Shown here in pieces: positions 59,165 to 64,000 of a stretch of DNA of 64,000 bases. A program made the translations under genes and the position numbers. Positions within the stretch are counted from its first letter, which is position 1, and every line of letters starts with the position of its first letter. Source of the stretch: Alphaproteobacteria bacterium (GTDB taxonomy: Bacteria > Pseudomonadota > Alphaproteobacteria > SP197); assembly GCA_965228895.1 (NCBI GenBank), contig OZ245842.1, forward strand, positions 1,280,001 through 1,344,000, in the 5' to 3' direction. The notes under the pieces are model-generated. The model saw only the letters and a program-made list of their open reading frames with translations, had not been told where the DNA came from and searched no databases.

Positions 59165-59596
59165 ATGAAACGTTCTGATGACACCAGGCGCTCGGACTGC
59201 CCGATCAGCTATGGCCTCGACGTTTTCGGCGACAAGTGGACGCTCCTGGTGCTGCGCGACCTGCTGCTCAAGGGAAAGCGGCACTTCCGCGAGTTCCAGG
59301 CATCCGACGAGAACATCGCCACCAACATCCTCACCGACCGCCTGAAACGGCTTGAAGTCCAGGGTATCATCATGCGGGTTGCCGACCCTGACGACGGCCG
59401 CCAGGTCATCTACCGACCGACGGCGAAGGGCCTCTCTTTGGTCTCCGTCCTTTATGAGATCGCGGCATGGGGTGCGCGCCACGACGCCAAGACCGGTGCG
59501 CCGGATACGTTCCTGAAAGAGTTTGATTCCGATCGCCAAGCCCTGATCGATGCGTGCATTGATGACCTGAAGAAGACATCATCAGGGGAGGGATGA
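59165..59596 (+). CDS. HxlR family transcriptional regulator
   Basis: RSDCPI..LDVFGDKWTLLVLRDL, IATNILTDRL, Y.PTAKG. Confidence 0.92.
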   Translation: MKRSDDTRRSDCPISYGLDVFGDKWTLLVLRDLLLKGKRHFREFQASDENIATNILTDRLKRLEVQGIIMRVADPDDGRQVIYRPTAKGLSLVSVLYEIAAWGARHDAKTGAPDTFLKEFDSDRQALIDACIDDLKKTSSGEG

Positions 59597-59606
59597 AAGG
59601 GGACGC

Positions 59607-60386
59607 ATGACGGACGGTGCCGCCAAGGACTTCGGCGCGATTGAAGCCGACTACGACTTCTTCATTGCGACAACCGACGAAGCCGAACGTGGTCTGGACG
59701 CCCTGCGTCCCTATGTCGACGAGGTCGGCAAGGCCGGTGGGCCGATCCGCATGCTGGACTTCGGCTGCGGCGGCGGCGATTTCTCGACAAAGTTCCTGGA
59801 TCAAGCGGGCTGGCCGCCGAGCCGTTTGAGGCTATCGTTGGTCGAGCCGGTCGACAGTCAGCGTTTGCATGCCGCCGAATGTCTGCAGCACTTTACCGAC
59901 ACGTCGATAGCGCACTGGCCCGCGCTGCCGGAGACGGGTGTCGAGCCCTTTGACCTCATCCTCTCGAACCACGTTCTCTATTACGTACCCGATCTCGCGG
60001 TAACGCTGAAACAACTCACGGCGGCGCTGTCACCCAAGGGCCTCTTACTGATCGCGATGGCAGGCCGCACCAACAGCTTGATCCGGTTCTGGAACTTCGC
60101 CTTCGATACCATGGGCAAAGCGATCCCCTATCACCTGTCCGAAGATCTCGACGACACGCTCGCCAGACTCGGTATTCCTTATCAGCACGAGGTCATCGAG
60201 TACGGCATGCGGTTTCCCGACTCACGCGGAAACCGCATGAAGATCCTGCGCTTCGCCTTGGCCGACCATCTCAAAGAGCTGCCGTTAGAGCCGCTGCTGG
60301 ACCTCTTCGACGACTGGGTCAAAGGCGACCAGATCGACACCCGCACAGTCTTCACGCACTACATCATCCGCACCAACGACCTCTAA
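59607..60386 (+). CDS. Class I SAM-dependent methyltransferase
   Basis: MLDFGCGGG, FDLILSNHVLYY, LSPKG. Confidence 0.82.
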   Translation: MTDGAAKDFGAIEADYDFFIATTDEAERGLDALRPYVDEVGKAGGPIRMLDFGCGGGDFSTKFLDQAGWPPSRLRLSLVEPVDSQRLHAAECLQHFTDTSIAHWPALPETGVEPFDLILSNHVLYYVPDLAVTLKQLTAALSPKGLLLIAMAGRTNSLIRFWNFAFDTMGKAIPYHLSEDLDDTLARLGIPYQHEVIEYGMRFPDSRGNRMKILRFALADHLKELPLEPLLDLFDDWVKGDQIDTRTVFTHYIIRTNDL

Positions 60387-60389
60387 CAG

Positions 60390-61640
60390 TCAGTCGCTGG
60401 GCGCCATCTCCGGAAGCCCGATGACGCCGTCGCTGGCCAGTTGGTCGATGGCCGCATCGTCATAGCCGAGTGTCTTCAAAAGACCGCGCGTATGCTCGCC
60501 GTATAGGGCCGCCGGTGACTTGGGCCCGCCCGGTGTCTCGGAGAACTTGACCGGCAATCCCAGCGTCTTAACCGCACCAGCGGTCGGGTGGTCGAGGGTG
60601 ACGATCATGTCGCGGGCGAGAGCCTGTTCATCTTCGTGCATGGCGGGGATGGTGTTGAGCGGCCCTGCCGGTACGCCTGCATCATCAAGGGCGCGCAGCC
60701 AGTCCGATGTCGTGCGCGTTCGAAAGATATCGTTCAACACGTCGACGAGTTCGGACAGATGGGTCATGCGTACCTGGTTGGTGCCGAACAGCGTTTCGTC
60801 GCGCAGCCGGTCGTCATCGATCATGTCGACAAACCGTTGCCAGGTCGGGCCGTTCGCCGCGCCCAAGGTGAGCCAGCCGTCCTTGGTCGGAAACGCCTGG
60901 TAGGGCGCGGAGAGTGGATGACCGCTGCCCAGGGGACCGGGCACTTCATCGCTGGAAAACGCGATCGCGGAATGCCAGTAGGTGTGAATGATGCCGGCTT
61001 CAAACAGCGAGGTATCGACCATCTGGCCTTCGCCGGTGCGGTCGCGATGGTGCAGGGCGGCGCACACGCCCATCGCCAGCAGAATGCCGGCGGTGGTGTC
61101 GGTCATCGGCGGACCGGGTTTCACCGGCGGATGGCCGGGACCTTCACCGGTGATGCTCATCAAACCCGCCATGCCTTGGGTGATCAGGTCGAAGCCGGCA
61201 CGTTCCGCATAGGGGCCTGAGCGTCCGAAACCGGACACCGCGCCATAAATCAGGCCCGGATGTTTTTCGTGCAAGACATCCCAACCGAAACCCAGCCGGT
61301 CCATGACACCGGGCCGGTAGTTTTCCAGCACCACGTCGGCCTCGGCAATCAGCCGACCCAGGATGTCGCGAGCCGCTTCCTGTTTCAGGTCCAGCGGCAG
61401 ACTCTTCTTGTTGCGGTTGACGATCATGTGCGGCGCCGAGACGCCATTGATGTTGTAGGGATCGGTATCGGTACGCGCTTCGTCGGCGGCGAAGGGTACG
61501 CGCTCGATCTTGATCACCTCCGCGCCCATGTCGGCCAGCATCAGAGCGCAGACCGGCCCGGCCAGGATGTGGGTCAGGTCGACGACGCGGACGCCTTGCA
61601 GCGGGCCATAGCTTGTGCCGGTCTTAGCTGGCGATGCCAT
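60390..61640 (-). CDS. CaiB/BaiF class III CoA-transferase
   Basis: PLQGVRVVDL, LAGP, NRNKKS, ENYRPG, catalytic Asp in MTDTTAG. Confidence 0.93.
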   Translation of the reverse strand: MASPAKTGTSYGPLQGVRVVDLTHILAGPVCALMLADMGAEVIKIERVPFAADEARTDTDPYNINGVSAPHMIVNRNKKSLPLDLKQEAARDILGRLIAEADVVLENYRPGVMDRLGFGWDVLHEKHPGLIYGAVSGFGRSGPYAERAGFDLITQGMAGLMSITGEGPGHPPVKPGPPMTDTTAGILLAMGVCAALHHRDRTGEGQMVDTSLFEAGIIHTYWHSAIAFSSDEVPGPLGSGHPLSAPYQAFPTKDGWLTLGAANGPTWQRFVDMIDDDRLRDETLFGTNQVRMTHLSELVDVLNDIFRTRTTSDWLRALDDAGVPAGPLNTIPAMHEDEQALARDMIVTLDHPTAGAVKTLGLPVKFSETPGGPKSPAALYGEHTRGLLKTLGYDDAAIDQLASDGVIGLPEMAPSD

Positions 61641-62416
61641 CAGCTTCCCCGGAAAACGGGTTTTTCCTTGGCGGCGAACGCCTCGCGGCCAATCCGAAAG
61701 TCATCGGTCTCAAAGCATTGATAGGCCTCGTCACGCTCGGCATCGCTAAGCGGTGTCGGGTCCAAGAGACGGTTGACGAACTTCTTATGCCAGCGCGCCG
61801 ACAGCGGCGCTTTCTCAGCAATGTTGCGGGCCGTCTGGTACGTCACCGCTTCGACCTCGTCATCGTCGACCACGCGGTTCACCAAGCCCATCTGCAGCAC
61901 CCGTTCGGCGCCGATCATCTCGCCTTCCAAAAGGAACTCCAGCGCACCGGCCGGGCCGACCAGCCGGGCCAGGGCCGCGATCTCACCATGGCTATAGGTG
62001 ATCCCAAGTTTGCCGGCGGGCACCGCGAAACGGGCTGACCGGCCGGCGATCCTGAGGTCGCAATAGGGGATGAGGCCGAGGCTACCACCGACGCAGTAGC
62101 CTTTGATCATCGCGATAACCGGATGGCGGCAGCGCGCCAGACCTTCGCCCCAGTTGGCGTCATAGCTGCGTGCCTGATCGGGGTTCGAACGGGCCTCGCC
62201 AAACTCTTTGATGTCGGCGCCGACTCCGAAAGCACGGTCGCCGGCGCCGCGCAGCACGATGCAGCGGATGTCATCATCGGCCGACAGCGTGTGGAACACA
62301 TCCGACAGGCCGCGTGCGGTCACCTGATCGAGTGCGTTGAGCCGCTCGGGCCGATTGACGGTCACGGTGACGATGGTGTCGTCGCGCGCGACGATCAGAC
62401 TCTCGGGCACAGTCAT
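61640..62416 (-). CDS. Crotonase/enoyl-CoA hydratase superfamily protein
   Basis: NRPERLNAL, AFGVGADI, PVIAMIKG, CDLRIA, GLVNRVV. Confidence 0.9.
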   Translation of the reverse strand: MTVPESLIVARDDTIVTVTVNRPERLNALDQVTARGLSDVFHTLSADDDIRCIVLRGAGDRAFGVGADIKEFGEARSNPDQARSYDANWGEGLARCRHPVIAMIKGYCVGGSLGLIPYCDLRIAGRSARFAVPAGKLGITYSHGEIAALARLVGPAGALEFLLEGEMIGAERVLQMGLVNRVVDDDEVEAVTYQTARNIAEKAPLSARWHKKFVNRLLDPTPLSDAERDEAYQCFETDDFRIGREAFAAKEKPVFRGS

Positions 62417-62495
62417 GGGTTTTCTTCCGGCTATCGGGCGAGAACGCAGTCTGGACCGAGGATCGTCTCACCGGCAAGTCGTAGCCGAATGGATT

Positions 62496-63974
62496 CTAGA
62501 GGATTTTGAACGCCCCGGGCTGAATCTCCGCCGACCGCGGTTCCTGACCGCCGTCAATGGGCGTGGCCTTGTAGTTCGCATGGATGCCGTCGATCCAGGC
62601 ACGCGCCCGGTTGTTCAGTTCGAACTTCTTGGTCATCAAACGACCGCGCGTGATCAAGATGCCGAGATCCGCCCCTTCGTAGCGGTAGTCGCCGGGCCCG
62701 GCGATCCGCAGGAAAAACGCTTCGTTCTCATTCTCGACGGCGCGGCGGTGATAGTCAAAGCGGCCATACTCAACCTTCCCGTCGTCGCGCAGATGCCAGA
62801 TGCCGGACTGCGGCGCTTCGGTCACCTGTTCGACGGTGTCGGCCGTGTGTTTGATCACCAGTTGAGACCAGCTGTCGATATTATCGGGGTCCGACCAACG
62901 CTCGTTCAGTGCCGCGACATCGAACTCGAAGTCGACATCGCTGAACTCCAGCAGATGGAACAGGAAGAGCGGCGCATCGGCATGAGCGAAGGCCGCGTGG
63001 TTTGTCATGGAGCTGGCGCCGGTGACGCGTGGGTTCAGCTCGCCGAGCCATATCTCGTCGGTATCCCGGTCGATCAGGAAATCGAGCTCGAAGTAGCCGC
63101 GATAACCTTCCTTACGCAGCTGCTCGCCGAAGCGGAAGGTCAGGTCACGCGCGGTGGTTCGGATCTCTGGTGTGAAGGACTCGGCAAAGATCTCGTTACC
63201 GGCCCAACCGCCCTTGTAAGGTGTTAGCTCCTCAAAACCGACGATCTCGGTCATCAGGGGGCCGACGATCGTCCCGGCCTTGGTTGTGCAGCCTTCGATC
63301 GCTGCCTGACGGCAGGCGATGCGCTTCATGATTTTTGTGTCGCCTTGATCGATGATCTCGTCGGCGTGTTTGTTCCAGTCCTTCTCGTTCTGAATAAAGA
63401 ACGTTGTGTGTCCGGAATCGCCGTACGCCGTCTGCACGACCAGATCATCACCCAGGCCGGCTTCGGTGCTGCGCGCGACAAGGTCATCATAAGACGCCAG
63501 CGGCGCCAGCACGTTGGGCACCGATGGCACACCCGCCGCGTTGCCGATTCTGACCGTCTCGACCTTGTGATCCAGCCGTGTCCTGAGCGCAGCCTCAGGG
63601 AACCAGACATCCATGCCGGCCTGTCTGGCGAGTGATTCCGTCTCCTCGTCGAACATCAGGAAGGCGGCCTTGGCTTTACCGCCGCGCCTGTTGATCAGGT
63701 TGAGAACGTCGGGGTGTTGCAGCAGATAGTTGTTGATGTCTTCGATCGACTGAAACTCGTCATGGGGCCGCTCTGGCGGGACAAAAGTGTTGGGATGGCG
63801 GCCGTCATAGCAGTCCAAATAGTTGATAAATTTGAAGTTTTTGACCCACTCATCCATGCCCAAGAGGTTGAAGTTGGTCGCGCTGATAAAGTAGATCGGC
63901 GTATCGTTGCGGTGAAAAAATCGGCGTATGTCCGATAGTCCGCGAAGTTTCTGCTGCTTCTTCTTGCCAGCCAT
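62496..63974 (-). CDS. ATP-grasp protein (biotin carboxylase-like fold, function unknown)
   Basis: AGVPSVP, YGDSG, YRGYFELDFL, GELNPR. Confidence 0.8.
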   Translation of the reverse strand: MAGKKKQQKLRGLSDIRRFFHRNDTPIYFISATNFNLLGMDEWVKNFKFINYLDCYDGRHPNTFVPPERPHDEFQSIEDINNYLLQHPDVLNLINRRGGKAKAAFLMFDEETESLARQAGMDVWFPEAALRTRLDHKVETVRIGNAAGVPSVPNVLAPLASYDDLVARSTEAGLGDDLVVQTAYGDSGHTTFFIQNEKDWNKHADEIIDQGDTKIMKRIACRQAAIEGCTTKAGTIVGPLMTEIVGFEELTPYKGGWAGNEIFAESFTPEIRTTARDLTFRFGEQLRKEGYRGYFELDFLIDRDTDEIWLGELNPRVTGASSMTNHAAFAHADAPLFLFHLLEFSDVDFEFDVAALNERWSDPDNIDSWSQLVIKHTADTVEQVTEAPQSGIWHLRDDGKVEYGRFDYHRRAVENENEAFFLRIAGPGDYRYEGADLGILITRGRLMTKKFELNNRARAWIDGIHANYKATPIDGGQEPRSAEIQPGAFKIL

Positions 63975-64000
63975 GAATGGCTTCTCCCTAACGTGCCGGT

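Noticed and set aside
1-64000. CRISPR arrays, tRNA/rRNA, IS elements, integrases, prophage or defence systems
   Set aside because: I saw no repeat-spacer periodicity, cloverleaf or relevant protein motifs by eye; short or degenerate elements could have been missed.

Overview
A GC-rich, gene-dense chromosomal segment from an alphaproteobacterium; the assignment rests on GAAC-N7-GAAC-type LexA boxes, alpha-type Pho boxes and alpha-type intergenic palindromes. I saw no rRNA, tRNA, CRISPR array, transposase or phage genes. Blocks in order: (1) 1-4.2 kb, a co-oriented cobalamin-type radical SAM, TauD dioxygenase, class II aldolase and DMT transporter. (2) 4.3-20.9 kb, a large phosphonate locus with phnF, phnZ-DUF1045-phnN, phnCDEE, phnGHIJKLM, a second PhnDCE-type transporter and a second phnM. 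It lacks phnP, phnO and phnY and has Pho boxes and recurring TCTAGA-type operators. (3) 20.9-36.2 kb, a methyltransferase/HxlR-SCP2 pair, a Rieske oxygenase with a hypothetical partner, a heterodimeric ABC exporter-SDR-methyltransferase operon, an uncharacterised OsmC-like/flavoprotein/flavoprotein/MaoC operon and an ADP-forming acyl-CoA ligase. (4) A LexA-controlled imuA-imuB-dnaE2 cassette, a YegD-like Hsp70, a cupin, yhiI-rbbA-yhhJ and YkgJ. (5) 49.8-59.6 kb, an osmolyte/methylamine-type catabolic neighbourhood with DoeA, two OYE-family flavoproteins, a DddP-like M24 enzyme, a Rieske oxygenase, an XRE-cupin regulator and GFA/HxlR. (6) A CoA-transferase III, a crotonase and an ATP-grasp protein. 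The best candidates for undescribed systems are the OsmC-flavoprotein operon, the Rieske/DddP-like/OYE cluster and the extended phn locus. All family calls come from motifs recognised by eye; no database search was run.
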